Positions 48,701 through 64,000 of a DNA stretch of 64,000 nt are shown here, piece after piece. Source of the DNA: Pelomyxa schiedti. Taxonomy: Eukaryota > Protista > Evosea. The notes beneath the pieces are model-generated. The model did not search any database and had not been told where the DNA came from. It saw only the letters and a program-made list of their open reading frames with translations. The DNA lies in NCBI GenBank assembly GCA_020536535.1, contig JAHLWZ010000862.1, positions 1 to 64,000 on the forward strand, written 5' to 3'. The position numbers and the translations under genes were made by a program. Each line of letters opens with the position of its first letter. The first letter of the stretch is position 1.

Positions 48701-51700
48701 AAACAGAGCAACAATATGTACTGTACCCATTTGGTGCTACATCCTCTTTGATACCATGCTTAGAAAGTTATTCAACCTTTTGGATTTGATGTGTCAATTA
48801 CCACAGACATTTCTGACAAAACATTGCCCAAGATTGTGTATGCATAAAATATTGTTAGAAAAGCCCAAACCATGTACCAGGGTAAAGGCAGGAATACCCC
48901 ATATGAATATCCTTGTTGCAAGCGAAACACTTGTACACATAAAGCTGCTGAAATCAAAACTGAGTGATTTCATTTCTTTAGTTACAGGGCAGGTGAATCC
49001 CTTAAAACTCCCTGTCAACTTCCAGTCTTCTGAAAGGCCGATAATAGACTTTTTCCACACAGAAACTGATCTCATGTAAGTTCCCATTTAGTCAGCTCTT
49101 GGAAACCCATCAGTAGAGCCAAGCTGGTTGCAAATCTTTCTTGTGAGCTCATCTCTCTGACAGTATCTGAACATGGCACCCCACTTGCAAAAGTTTGTAT
49201 GGGATTTCGATCATTTTTTAACTTGAATGGCAGATCTTTTTTTACAATCTTGGCACACAGCTTGAAACAAATACACACTTCAGTTTCTGTCACCTGTTGA
49301 TAAAATTATCAAATATTGATGCTGTTGACTGCACCGCAGAATCGAAAGGATTGAAGAATCCTTTTATTATAACAACAGCCCCTCCAGTCCCCATGGAACC
49401 TTTCCTTACCATAGAGGTCATTCCTAAGGTTTAATTCTTTTTCCCTAAAAGCTAGAAATCCGAATTAAACATAATGATACAAGTTACAGACAGATGCAAC
49501 CCATATGAAGGCACTCATACATCCACTTTTATTTAGAATCAACCCAGAGAACTTTTCTTCACTGATCTCAATGTTCACAAAAATGTGAGCCCTTTTTTTC
49601 CTTCCTCCAAGTGAAAAGTTATTTGCCTCAGGTGGTTATCGGGACTGTCAAATATAACTGGTTCCTTCCTTATGTACCTGCTGGGACCTAAGCTTCAAGT
49701 ACTAAGTTAATTCATTGCTTCACCATTTTCATATTTGTAGATTGATGCTACAGTGACCCGACTGGGTGTGATTGTCAATAATAAGCTGGATAAGGACCTT
49801 GAATTCTCTTTAGAGTGCACTGTCCTTCAAATACGGAAAAATCGAGACTCACTCATGCTGCAAGTATTGAAATTCAAATGCTCATTTTCATTCACTCTAA
49901 CTAAAAGAAAAGGGTACAACCCAGTGCTTGTCTTTGTTGGATTACCAGTCTTTAGAGGAGCCTCCAGTATCAGTACTAATGTATGGGAATGGAGATTTCC
50001 TCGCTAATTCACAGTAGAATTATGGAAGAACCTGTCATAGTTTGGAGTCTCCAATTTCATCCTCATGAAAAACCTATTTTTGATATCAAACCCAATTATT
50101 AAATTACAATTACTGACAAAACGTGTAATACTCTCCTTAACTATCAAAATGCCAATCTTCAGCGTGTAAGACTTTTTGCTGGGCTACCATTCATAAACAA
50201 AATCCTGTAAATGGCGTTCCCTACCTAAAACCAATTCACCATGCAACAGCCACATTATAACTACTGGTCCATTGATTCAGCAGTATATTAGCGGAAAGCA
50301 GATTTCAAAAACCACTGGGACTGTAGAACCCAAAGACAACAAACCAAAATTCAGTTATTCCTCCGATTCCTCATTTATGTAGCTAATCCCTTTAAAACAA
50401 GGCGCTCATGTGACAGTGCAAGCTCCAGAAATCATCATTCCCAAGTACACAGGTTCAAAGGATAGCCTGATTATTGAACTGGGAACACTTTCACTTACCA
50501 ATAGTCTGACTCCAACATTTCATAAACTTTCTGCCTCTGTTGAGCACATGTCGATGAGAACGATAATACATAATTCTCCTGCATCTGTCATAGAGGGACT
50601 TCACTTTACTCTTACCATTGAGACAAGAGGTCAGTCTGACGCTGATAATCCTTTCAAAAAGGTGCAAAGACTTCCATTCTTACTCAAGGTTAACATGGAT
50701 AGATTGTTGTCGTTCTATCTCCAATTTACTGCCACGTATCTGAAGTACAGTATCTCTTCTTTGTGAGTCAATGGACTCCCATGCTACAAGGACTTAAAAA
50801 GTTTCTCTTGAGCAATACTGATATGGCACGAATTGTAACTGCAGCTTTGTCTCAAGCGAATTCAGGCACCCACAAAGGTTGAGAGTGTAATAAAAGTGAA
50901 CAAACTGATTCCTTTAGACTATGGTGAAAACTTCAATCTGGCAGAATTCCAGCAAATGGAGAAAGGAAATGTTGAGTTTCAGTTGAATCTTGATGTGCCA
51001 AAAATAAGCTTTGCTCTGTTGCGCAGGAATGGATCAAGGTAACACCACTTGCCATACAAATTTTCTGAGAATTGTATCAGTAAAGCCTCTGATTTGCTGG
51101 CAACCTATGAGATTATTAATATGTCAATGAAGGTGTCTAAAACTGTAGAGCACTTTATATGCGTAAGCCGAAGTCGTTGTAGTAAAGACCTGATTAGCCC
51201 AGGTTGGTGCTGTAATTCAAGCAATACAGTTCAGTGATTCTCGGGAAGATTCGCACTGTGCACTACAAGTATTCTCACAGTTCCTTGTGGTATCACTAAT
51301 TTTATGATTACAGGACTATTTCTCTTGTCAGAATGAAACAAGTGCCCTTACAGTAGAATTCATACAGGAACTGAAGACTGGTGTACGTGCATGCTCAATT
51401 TTACTTGATTCCCCCACATTTGTTGTTCTACCTTCAATGCTTTCAGAAGTCAAGGTACATTCAATTCTGGAACGGAGAGAAATTCATTATGCACACCAGG
51501 CTTTTGCATCTAAAGCTCATCTGATTAAAAACCAAATCCTTTCGGAACCAGAACGGACACTCGATTCCCCCAAATTAACCTCAGAGGCGACTGACCCAAG
51601 TCTGATCCCTGGCTTTTTCCAATTTCTCAATTTCCTTCACTTCAGATCCATTTCCTGCAATCTATTTTATGTTTACAGTTAACAACCTGGAAGTCATTTT

Positions 51701-54700
51701 CCTACAGGATGAAACTAACTGCGACTCGCAATGCATCAGTTTCCATGCATCTGCCATTATCAAAGTACCCCTTTTCATTGCCTTACTAATAAAACCAATG
51801 CTCCAACCAAAAGACTTGTGGTGATTTAAGACATATCTTGAAAACATTTGACATGCAAATCAACCAGGCTGATATGGTTGTATTCAGACTTTTTGCAGGC
51901 AAAAGAGTACCTGCCAGACCCATGCATCAGAAAATATCTCACCTGCTATATAACAGGAAGCAAAATCCAGGACAAGCAATGTGTTGAAACCAGTGGATTG
52001 TCATGTTAAGTATACTCGCACACCAGCCATAAATGAGGGACTTGTGAGTCTTGAACCTGTTGAACTTTACTTTTCATACATGGATCTTGTGCTTATGACC
52101 CAAGTGTTCGAATCTCTACAGAGCACAGTTTTTCCAACCTATCGAAAACCAATCAAAGCTGTACAATCTGCAATGAGGTCATACCACCTCCAAACTCACT
52201 CAACTACAAGCAGAGAGGTAAAACAAAGAAAACAAACCTGGGAAAAATTAAAAAAAAAAGTTCACAGTTAAGTGCGTGTACTGCTGCTTGACAATCATCA
52301 ATGACTTCAAAGGAAGAGATACCCCCCTGTTTGAGCTTAGAGCAAACAATGTTCTATCCCGCGTCACTGACTGGGACACCTATGTAAGACTTTATAAAAT
52401 CAATCATGTTTGATGGGCCCTTTATTCCTTTTAGCCACAATTTTCGTCAGAACTACTTCTTGCAATTGACTTTTTCAACAACAACTTGATGTGCTATGAA
52501 CCCTTTGTGGAGCACTACTTTTTCAAATTTAAGGTCACATGCCTCTGACCCCCTGACCCCATTAATAATTTCTAGTTTGGTAGGACCCCACAGTGTAAAT
52601 TGATGTGCCTGATCGAGAGTCCTGAAGTTCTCAATATTAATTTTTCTCAAGCAATGGTCAGTATTTTCGTGTCCACTATCTTTACTCTGGTTGAGGATTA
52701 CTACAACAGATTATTTTCAGCTCAATGTAGCTCTTCACTTCAGTTTCTCAAATAAGAATCAAAACAGATTCAGAAGTGGCAACGACTTCGTCAAATTTTC
52801 ATCCATTGAATATTTTGAACAAAACTGGGGTGTCCTGCTCATATTTCGCTCCTCACAGTGATGATGTAGAGAGCCCACCAGAGCTTGTTCTAACTCAAGA
52901 TAAAATACTACCTCTTTCGCAGTGCGGGACTTCTATGAAGGTTAATCCCCTTGAAAAGTAATTGCAAAAAAAAGGTAATTCTAGAACATTTCTCCCTTGT
53001 AGGCAGGTAGAAACTTAATCACTGGTTATCAATTGGCCACAGTGGTGGTTGGTGCATTCACACAGAAGGAAATCAACATAGATCGACTTGGCATTGAAGG
53101 GAGACCTCTCCCTGATAGCTCATGGTTAATTTCAGAGGTATACAATCACATTTGACACCTAAGATAAAATCTGGCACAAGGTTAAGTGGACTGATGATGG
53201 AAGCAAATTACTTGTTCTTAGATCTTCGGTGATGCTCAGAAACTGTACCACAATGGAGATTGCAGTGTGCCTGCGTAACACTACAGGAAAATCAGAGCTT
53301 ATCCTGGGTTAGTTCTATTGCTTTCCAGCTGTACAAGGCCACAACTGACTATTTCACAGCACCTGATGAAGAGTCTCCAATCCCTTTGCAATTCTCTTCA
53401 AGAGGGTTAGTTTCTGCACGTAATTCTGCCAAATTCCGTTATTTCGAACCTCAATTGAAGATTGAATCTCTCAAGCCTCACAATGTAAGATAAGCATATT
53501 AATTCTCCTTACCTTTTTGCAGGGTGTCCACTGTTCAATTTGCAGTGACGCCTCACTATCTAATCAGTACTTGGTCGTGATTGTTGAACAAGAAGAGAAA
53601 ATAAGGTAAAGTCAAAGGAGATAGACCCATTTATTCTTACATTTACACAGTAAAGGACTACTGCCTTTTTATTTGTCCACGATAACTTTCTATGCTCCTA
53701 TCACTATTGTAAATGCGCTACCCTATCCTTTTAGTGTCGCTGGGGTGTGTCCCTTTTTCTCAGTACTTCCGTTTAATTGTGTTCAGCCAGAGGATTCGGG
53801 TTTATGTTTCACTGTGGAGAGTGACAGCTGTAAGCCTATTTTTGACCATAATGTCAACTACAACTTAGTTTTACGTATCTCAGGATTGCCAGGTCAATTT
53901 TAATCCTTTACTTACGTTGTTTCAACTCAATCAAGGTTTCAAGGAGACCAAATTAAAATTGAAAACCAGGCAATGTTCCATAAACCATACTGAAAAACTA
54001 CTTTTCTGTGACAAGTTTGACCAAAAGATGCCCATTTTCATTGATGTCAAGTATCTTTCTCATTTTTGGTGGAACTCTTTTCTAACAACACTGCTCAGTT
54101 GTGATAAAGGACTTGTTCTAACTTTCTATTCACCATGTTGGATTATAAACAACAGTGAATTGCCAATATGGTGTCAGCCCGTACCTTGTCGCTCTGGTCT
54201 TTGTGCACCCGGTCAAGGTATCATACCATTTCAAATATATTTCTTGCCTAATTTCCACAGTGAGCGCATTATCCACATCTCCATTGCTATATTCTGAAAA
54301 GAAATTAGCTCTGAGGCTTGTCTAATTCCATAGCCACATCCATTAACTTGTTCATAGGACCCAAGATGGATTGCACTGGTCCAAAGTTTGTAACAAAGAC
54401 TAACAGCAGCGATCAAAATAATCCTACCATTTTCTTCCAAGGGTTTTTCTGTTGAATCTCTGGGTGTTGGAGGGGTCGTGCAAATCCTTGGCCATGTTGG
54501 GCATGCATATACTCTCAAAGTCACAGTTCAACCTGGATTGGGATCGGTTCGTCTTTCCAAAGTGTTTGCTGCACTCACAATTTCCTTCAGTTCTACAGAA
54601 CAAAGATAGTCACTTTATTTTCACAGTTTATGCTTAGTAATGCTATGGCTTTGCCTCTACTTTGGTCGCAACCATGCACCCATGGAAACACTCATACTGG

Positions 54701-57700
54701 TGTAATACTTCCAGGAGAGAAGCAACCGTTCCACTTTATGCAAACAGGACCCAAAGTTTTGTCTATTAAAGCTGACGCCCGCAATACCCTTTGGTTTCTT
54801 CCTCCACTTCTTATCCTCTAGTTAAGAGCTTAGGTCTGGAGTGTTCTCTATATCACATGTAGGAGAGTTTTCCGTGAAATGCCGATCTGAAAAGAGCACA
54901 GGTACACGTTCGAAATCCACCATTCTACATTGACCAGAGCTTTGTAAAGCCGAAGACTACTATATACATGTTGAAGTGAATGACGACTCTGAGTGCACAA
55001 GTGTTTTACTTTCAGAGCAGAACCCAGAAACTCCTAATTTTGTCATTGAAAATGATACTTCATTGGATCTGGATTTTCAACAAAAAGTTACTTTTCAATC
55101 ACCTACCTTCTCGGCTCTTACTTTTAAACCAGAAAACCACTGTTGATCCCCTACATCTTCCAACCAAAACTGCCGCGATGTATGTATGGGATGAACCTCT
55201 TGGTGATATGAATCTCTTAGTCTCATGTGAGGCAGTGAAATCACCCCTTTCTTTTAATATACAGAAAATCAAAGCGTTTGATGTAGTCAATATCAAGGTT
55301 TTTTCCACTTTCACAGCCACTTCTAACTTCAATCAGGGTATTGCTCCAATTTACCCATTTGTCAAGATGGAAGGTGTCACCAGAGTTTTTGTTTTAACAC
55401 ACACAAATGCTCGGTACAATAGTGATACTGCCGACGAACCAAAAAAGGTACATCGTTCTGTCACATATTTGACTGAAATTCCTAATAGACTGGTGAAGTG
55501 CGTAACTTTACTATTTCCGTCCAATTGGCAGGTTTGGGGATATCAGTGATTTCTAAAACTCCGAAGGTACTCTTCAAATTACTAGGGTCCATCTGATTTT
55601 TTTTTGCAGGAAATATTATTTTGCAGTTTGAGTCGAATTCATTGTGCTGTGGAAGCACTGCCTAGAGAATTTGAGTTTGAACTGCAAGTGGCGGCACTCC
55701 AGGTTTCAAATTAAATTTATTTTTCCTTTGTTTTCCCAACAAATGAAGGTGGATAATCAAGATCCTGAGGCAGAATTCCCAGTGGTACTCAGATCTATTC
55801 TTCGAGATCAGAAAAAACCGGCAGTTCATGTCAGTTTTGTGAAGTCAACTCAATATCATATCCTTGCACTAAGTTAATTCTAACACAAGTTGCACAAACA
55901 TATCCTTAACTTTATGGAAGCAAAATTGACTATTTCAGCTACTTCTCCATTTTATTACAAGAAATGGAGTTAAATATTGAGACACACTTCATTGATTCTA
56001 TCCTTCAATTCTACCAGTCGTTACCCTTTCAAGATATAAGAGGAATTTCACCACAACAGTACATTTCCAAATTTCTGACTTGATAAATAACTTCGCTAAG
56101 GTCTTCATTTTTGACTGCCCCTAAAATGATTTATTTTAAGCTTTTATTTCTGCAGCCTATCAAAGTGTATCTAACGTTGTCCTGGTCCTCTGATACGCAC
56201 TTAGGAATCAAGTAAACATTATGGGCCAAGTGGGCAACTAATAATTTTTTATAGAAACAATCCTCTCATTGCCGTTTTTCAAACTGTGAGTAGTGCTGTG
56301 GCTAATGTTGACCATGCACCAGTGTGCCTCAACGCCCTTCTGCTAGATCACCCTTTCTGTCGTCGGAATAGACTTTACAGTCTCATTCGGACACATTATA
56401 CACGTCAACTTTTAGCTGAGTTTTATAAGATAATTGGCTCCTCCGATTTACTTGGTAATCCTGTAGGCCTATTTACTAATCTTTCCACTGGTTTGTCTTG
56501 AAATATTTATTCTTCCATATCCACTTGTTTTAGGGGTAATGGACTTCTTTTATGAACCAGCTCAAGGTCTTGTTACTTCTCCTCAGGCCTTTGGTGTAGG
56601 ATTAGCCAAGGTTTAATGTATGTTTGTATTGCAACCACTAAGTATTTTTTTTAGGGGTCCAAAAGTTTGGTAAAAAATACCGTCTATGGCCTTTTCAACT
56701 CCCTCAGCAAGGTGACGGGTGCTCTTGGAAAAGGTGCTACCCCCTCTTTTGCAAGCAAGAGCGCTTACAACTGTAGGTGTGGCCGCATTATCAATGGATG
56801 ATGACTATCTTGCCAAAAGGAGAGTCAACAGAAAGAAAAAGCCGAAAAATATTGGGGATGGTACCGTTCAAGGTATTTTCATTTCCATAAAAAAAGCGCT
56901 TCATATTTCAAAGGTGTCAAACAACTTGGCTCTGGAGTCCTTCTTGGTATTACTGGAGTTGTGGTGAGGAGAACTTACTTGGTTTCCCTTTTCCAACCAT
57001 AATGTAAACCAGAACAAACCGGTGGCTGGAGCGGCAAAAGGTGGTGCAATTGGTTTTGCCAAAGGTGTTGGCCAAGGGATTGTAGGGTACATAATTTTTG
57101 CAATCCTAACTTCGCCTTAATTGACTTTTTAGAGTGGCTGTGAAGCCTGTTGCTGGAATCTTCGATCTTGCTTCTCAGGTACATAAGCTGGCGATTCTTC
57201 TTTATACTATTATGCTAAGTGTATTGTTCCTTTTATAGACCACGGCAGGAATAGGCAACACAGCACTGCTTCTTGACAAGAAAGTTCACGAGGGACGTAT
57301 TCGCAAATTTCCACGTCTCTTTGGTCCCAACGGGCAACTCCTGGTTGATATACTTCACACAATAAAACTCTAAAATGATACGTTTTATCAGGAATATCAC
57401 GAAATTGAAGCAGAAGGTGCTGCACTGCTGCTTCAAACCAAATTTTCGAATACTGACACGTACGTGCACCACACAATTGTGAGCAAGGCTCGAATGGTGT
57501 TACTCACAAGCAACCGGCTTCTCGTACTAAGTGTTCCATCCCATAGTGTCTTGGAGCAGATACCCTACACTGGTTATTCTATTGTTGAAATAAGTTCAAA
57601 GCCTAATGTTTTCGCAGATGTTGCCCAGTGGGACCTGGTAGAGGGAGGCATTAAAGTATTCCTCAAGAAAGGAGAGACGATAATCCTTGCTGCTACAGAC

Positions 57701-57832
57701 CCAGCTATTCTAATGCTGCTCTATACCAAAATTATTGCCTGTGCCAGAGGGTTTGTCCCCATCTCAAATTCCGAACCTCACTCACTTCGAAACTCACAAA
57801 GGTTTTCCGGCCTGGTTGTAAAGAAAAGTTGA
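45773..57832 (+). CDS. VPS13: VPS13-family lipid transfer protein, dozens of short introns
   Basis: Chorein-like N-region (LIDKLLSNVQIYIEDV, DPKAWWKYA), VAB-like repeats (FYSPCWIINNS), VDNQ, IGSSDLLGNPVGLF, FYEPAQG, GVAVKPVAGIFD and RFPRLF-like RIRKFPRLF. Confidence 0.9.
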
Positions 57833-57959
57833 CCTGAACTTGGTTACACGCGAAGTAAAAACAAGTGCTGTAAATGGTAGACTAGAATAAAACTCCACTT
57901 ATTTTGTTGGTCTTGTCCCCACCCTTTTTGTGGATGAGTGTATACATTGGATAGGAGAG

Positions 57960-60625
<2,666 letters not shown>

Positions 60626-60758
60626 TTGGACCTTTTTTTTGGAGAAAAATGCAGGAAATAGATAACTCTTTGTTTTTATTGACTACTACAAGCATCAATC
60701 ACATCCACTCACCCCCACTCGCAGTCAAGTTCCCACTCCCGGCCCCACTCCACTCCCC

Positions 60759-61423
60759 TCACTCGGTTGGCCAGGCCGGCTCCTTGTTCCACGCCTCCCT
60801 CTCAATTGCCTCGTTGATCCACCTAAGGTGCCTCTTCTCGTCCTCCCAGCCCCCCTCGACCAGCTGACGTCGTCCGGCGCGGCGGTCCCAGTCCCGGCCC
60901 CCGGCTCCGTGCCCGTGGCCCACTGCACCACGTTCTCGTACGTCTTGTTGGTCAGCTTCTCGTTGGTCGACATGGCAGACATCATCGTGCGCGCAGACAC
61001 AGTGCTGGCCATCGCCATCCCGCTGATCATGAAGCCCTTGAAATCCCTGGCAAATTTCGGTGGGGTTCCGCCATACTAGAGCATGGGGTGATGTCAGCTA
61101 TAAATACTTCACGAAAATCGATTATTATTAATAATTAGTAATTCCTTTAAACTTGCACAGACCTTGGTGACAAGAGTGGACATGTCTTCTACGTGGCGCA
61201 TGTGGTCTGCTTGGAAAGAAGCCAGATTGCTGCTTATCTCGCCTACAAATAAATATTTAGTGCTAAATCGAAAACTACAGTTAAACACACTAAGTTCAAC
61301 AAAAGAAAAGTTGACTGAATTACCTTTGGGGACTTTCTGAACCACCAAGTCATAGGCATGCCATGCATCAATGTCCAAGTGGATCACTTCATTGAGTTTG
61401 CTGATGATAGTATCTGAATTCAT
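60759..61423 (-). CDS. Bacterial-type ferritin-like four-helix protein (DUF2383/PA2169-like) with an apparent frameshift
   Basis: LNEVIHLDIDAWHAY, FQADHMRHVED, RDFKGF and AMSTNEKLTNKTY. The last helix EDEKRHLRWI is out of frame after PDDV. Confidence 0.7.
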
Positions 61424-61611
61424 TGCCGCTATCTCGTTTTCCTTTCTTCTTGTCTCTTATTGTTCTCTCTGAAGATAGTGTGAGTTTTATGTTCTCATTA
61501 GCCAATAATGAGTAGTCAACGAGTAAAGGCAAATTTCGATTTTTTTCCCCAACTTTTAAACGACACATCAAAGTTGGCAAAACGGCAAAACGGTTTGGGT
61601 TCTTGTCCTCT

Positions 61612-62537
61612 TCATTCATCGTGCTTTATCATGCATGCTGTGTAGTTGTACCATCGTCCTGCTCTGGGAAGTACTTCCAAACGAGTGCTTACAGCAAGCT
61701 GTAAGAGTATTTTCACTGAGATTGTATCTAATGAGTCGGGAATACTACCTTCTTTATTATCATGTAGGGTGTGAAGTTTGGGTTAATGATAGAATCACTT
61801 ACTGCAATCACACCACCATTCCTTACAACCCTTGAACACTCAGAAAGTGCGGGTTTCATATCTTTCCTGAGCTCAGGCAAAACGCACACCATGACAACGG
61901 CATCAAAATGATGTGACGCAAATGGTAGCTTTCTTACATCTGCAGTGAGGCATTTGATGTTGGCAAGTGAGTCTCTGCCCTTCTTTGCCACTTGGAATTT
62001 AGTAATGTTGTGAGAGAGTCTATTTATCATGCCCTTCTGGACATCAACAGCAACGACCTGAATAGTAAACAGCAGCCATCACAATAGAGTCAGGATGCAA
62101 AATGAGTCAGTTAGGGTGCAAGAACAAGACCGTTGGTTGTTTGAAACAACAGCACTCACTTCAGAATTGGGTCCCAGAAAAGAAGCCAGAGGCAAGGTGA
62201 AGCATCCACCAGCACACCCAACTTCCAACACTCTCAATGACAGTGGTGAAGATAATGAAGAATGATGAGTCCCAGAATTCTTGGCTTTCCCAGAATAGCT
62301 GTGGCCCAAGACCCCACCACTATCGCTCCCATAATGACGCTCGACGGCAGCAGCGCTGCCGGGCAGGAGCAGAGGCGAGAGCGAGCGGCGGATCACGACG
62401 GTTGGCGATTGAAGAGACGCCCGGGCACGGGACTCGAACCACGACGAGAAAAACACAGGTGCTGGCGGTATCGCTGCCCGCGCCAGCGCCAACGAAAGCG
62501 CACCAATCGACGCCACCGCTGGTCCCTTTACAATCAT
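61612..62537 (-). CDS. Class I SAM-dependent methyltransferase (UbiE/Methyltransf_11-like)
   Basis: VLEVGCAGG motif I, DVRKLPFASHHFDAV and ALSECSRVVRNGG. Confidence 0.85.
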
Positions 62538-62601
62538 GGAACCGAAAACTTTCTTCTTCAGGCCTGAAGTTCTGAATCAAAAAGGGGTTATAGTGGGAGG
62601 G

Positions 62602-62848
62602 AAAAAAGTCTTAGGAAACTGTGAGGGCATGTTCAGAGGCGGCTATGTCAGAGGAAAAGCGTAGCCGCAAAAGCTGTCCGATGGCATCTGAGACGTAGTG
62701 ACGGAACAAAATCGAAATGGAGCCGAGTTTTGTTTGCTTTGGCGTCAGAGAGGGAACCTGGCGTTCATTATACCGCACGGGATATCGCCAGCCCTGCCGT
62801 AATTGTGGGTGGGGGCTGTTCCTTTGAAATGATTTGGAACTTTTTTTT
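62602..62848. ncRNA. Candidate multi-hairpin structured RNA (orphan RNA C), strand ambiguous
   Basis: Hairpins at 62639-62668, 62677-62705, 62705-62734, 62758-62791 and 62789-62818. T8 on + at 62841 and T6 on - at 62607. ACCCACAA on - at 62810-62803. No long ORF. Confidence 0.5.
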
Positions 62849-62985
62849 CAATCGAATTCTAAAGAGAACAGAGGGCTAATTCCCGGAAGATCAGATCTTG
62901 GACAGAAGACAACATAAAAGAAAAACAAACCACCATTGTTACGACGCGGTAGCCTCACCGGAGTGCTGTGTAGTTGTGTGGCAGG

Positions 62986-64000
62986 ATGATTAATATATGG
63001 CTGTTGGTGCTGATGATCGTATTTCCGATCGTCCTTCTTGCGGCGAACGTATACTTCATCGTGTATTTCCAGCACATCGACGATAAGTACGCTGCATGGG
63101 CAGCAAAGGCCGTAGTGGTACGTGCTTTTTGCAGCCTAGATAGGCTTTACAACTTGGTTTTTTCTTTCTCTTACTTTCAAAGTTGGTTAGCTTGGAACTC
63201 TCCGAATGTAGCATTCTGATGCTCCCTTTGGATGTACTTAGAATTCTAAGACGGACTCCAGCATTAACCTCCTTCCCAAGGTTGCAAACCGCGGCCCCCC
63301 AGACGGCGAAATTCCTATGGATATAATATGGCTAGTTGTTTACATCACAATGGCTGCCCTGGCAATTATAGTAGTTCCATTCTCCATGTTTTATTATGAA
63401 TCTGAGGAAGCAGAAAACAACTCGTATGACTTCCTAGTACTTGTTACACAATTAATTTTGTTTTAAGGATATGTAAGCAAATACGCGGTGGCATATGCGG
63501 GGTCGTAGTGGTTCTTATCATTTTCACGATCGTTTTTGTGGTGTCCTATATCTTCTTTGGTGTTGCTGAGGTTCCAGTACAGCGCTTACTCTGTGGCTCG
63601 ATATCGGATTTAATACCTACTTCTGATTGCCCTCAGGTACACTGAATCACGTTTGTCACACTTACTAACTCGGATAGTGTGCCAGTTCGAATATTAACAC
63701 CAACATTAGAGTTAGCCCCGCCCTTTATGTAATTTCGACTGTAACATTCTTTGGGTTGACTCCTTACTTTCACTACTCTGACTCACTTTATTTCTCAGGT
63801 GGTTTTTAATGATTATTATGGGAGGGATTGGTCTTGCTGCCCTGCCATTCGATCTCATTGCAGATTTTAAATATCGACCTCGGACAATTAGTGAAGACAC
63901 GTTAGGCGCAGGACATGGTTATCAGCTCTAACATTCCACAGCTTCACGAAGCACAAGCACGAACTCGCAAAGCAAGTTCTAGAACTCAAGAAAATTGGAG
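62986..64000 (+). CDS. LMBR1-domain (LIMR-family) membrane protein, partial
   Basis: [33 protein letters not shown] and [13 protein letters not shown]; runs off the end of the window. Confidence 0.88.

Noticed and set aside
62688-62782. TPP riboswitch (CUGAGA...GAACCUG...UUAUAC...GGGA)
   Set aside because: CUGAGA and ACCUG are about 60 nt apart rather than adjacent through P2, and P1/P2/P5 cannot be formed.

Overview
Gene-dense, intron-rich eukaryotic nuclear DNA with about 28 protein genes, mostly 40-80 nt GT-AG introns and very short intergenic spacers. Gene content suggests an anaerobic amoebozoan, probably Archamoebae (Pelomyxa/Mastigamoeba-like); this is inference. The clues are a deltaproteobacterial-type ATP sulfurylase with a mitochondrial-type presequence, MPP-alpha and several intron-containing bacterial-type enzymes. 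Recognisable genes: DcsG-like ATP-grasp ligase, bromodomain/ET protein, GRAM protein, HMG-box protein, Sat, FabG-like SDR, MPP-alpha, Rab1-like GTPase, RGS protein, eIF4A, riboflavin kinase, TM2D, DAP1, VIT-vWA protein, TauE/SafE, TARG1-type macrodomain, isochorismatase, leishmanolysin, VPS13, calcineurin A, ferritin-like protein (frame-broken), SAM methyltransferase and LMBR1. The most interesting signal is non-coding. A U3 snoRNA (minus, 27361-27557) has a Dictyostelium-type DUSE promoter element (WCCCAYAA) about 62 nt upstream. The same motif or a near variant sits at similar spacing before several unusually long, strongly base-paired intergenic segments (about 355-488, 16885-17043, 39299-39392, 62602-62848) that match no RNA family I recognise. 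Together they suggest a set of orphan small structured RNA genes. Gene boundaries, splice sites and RNA folds were read by eye and are approximate.
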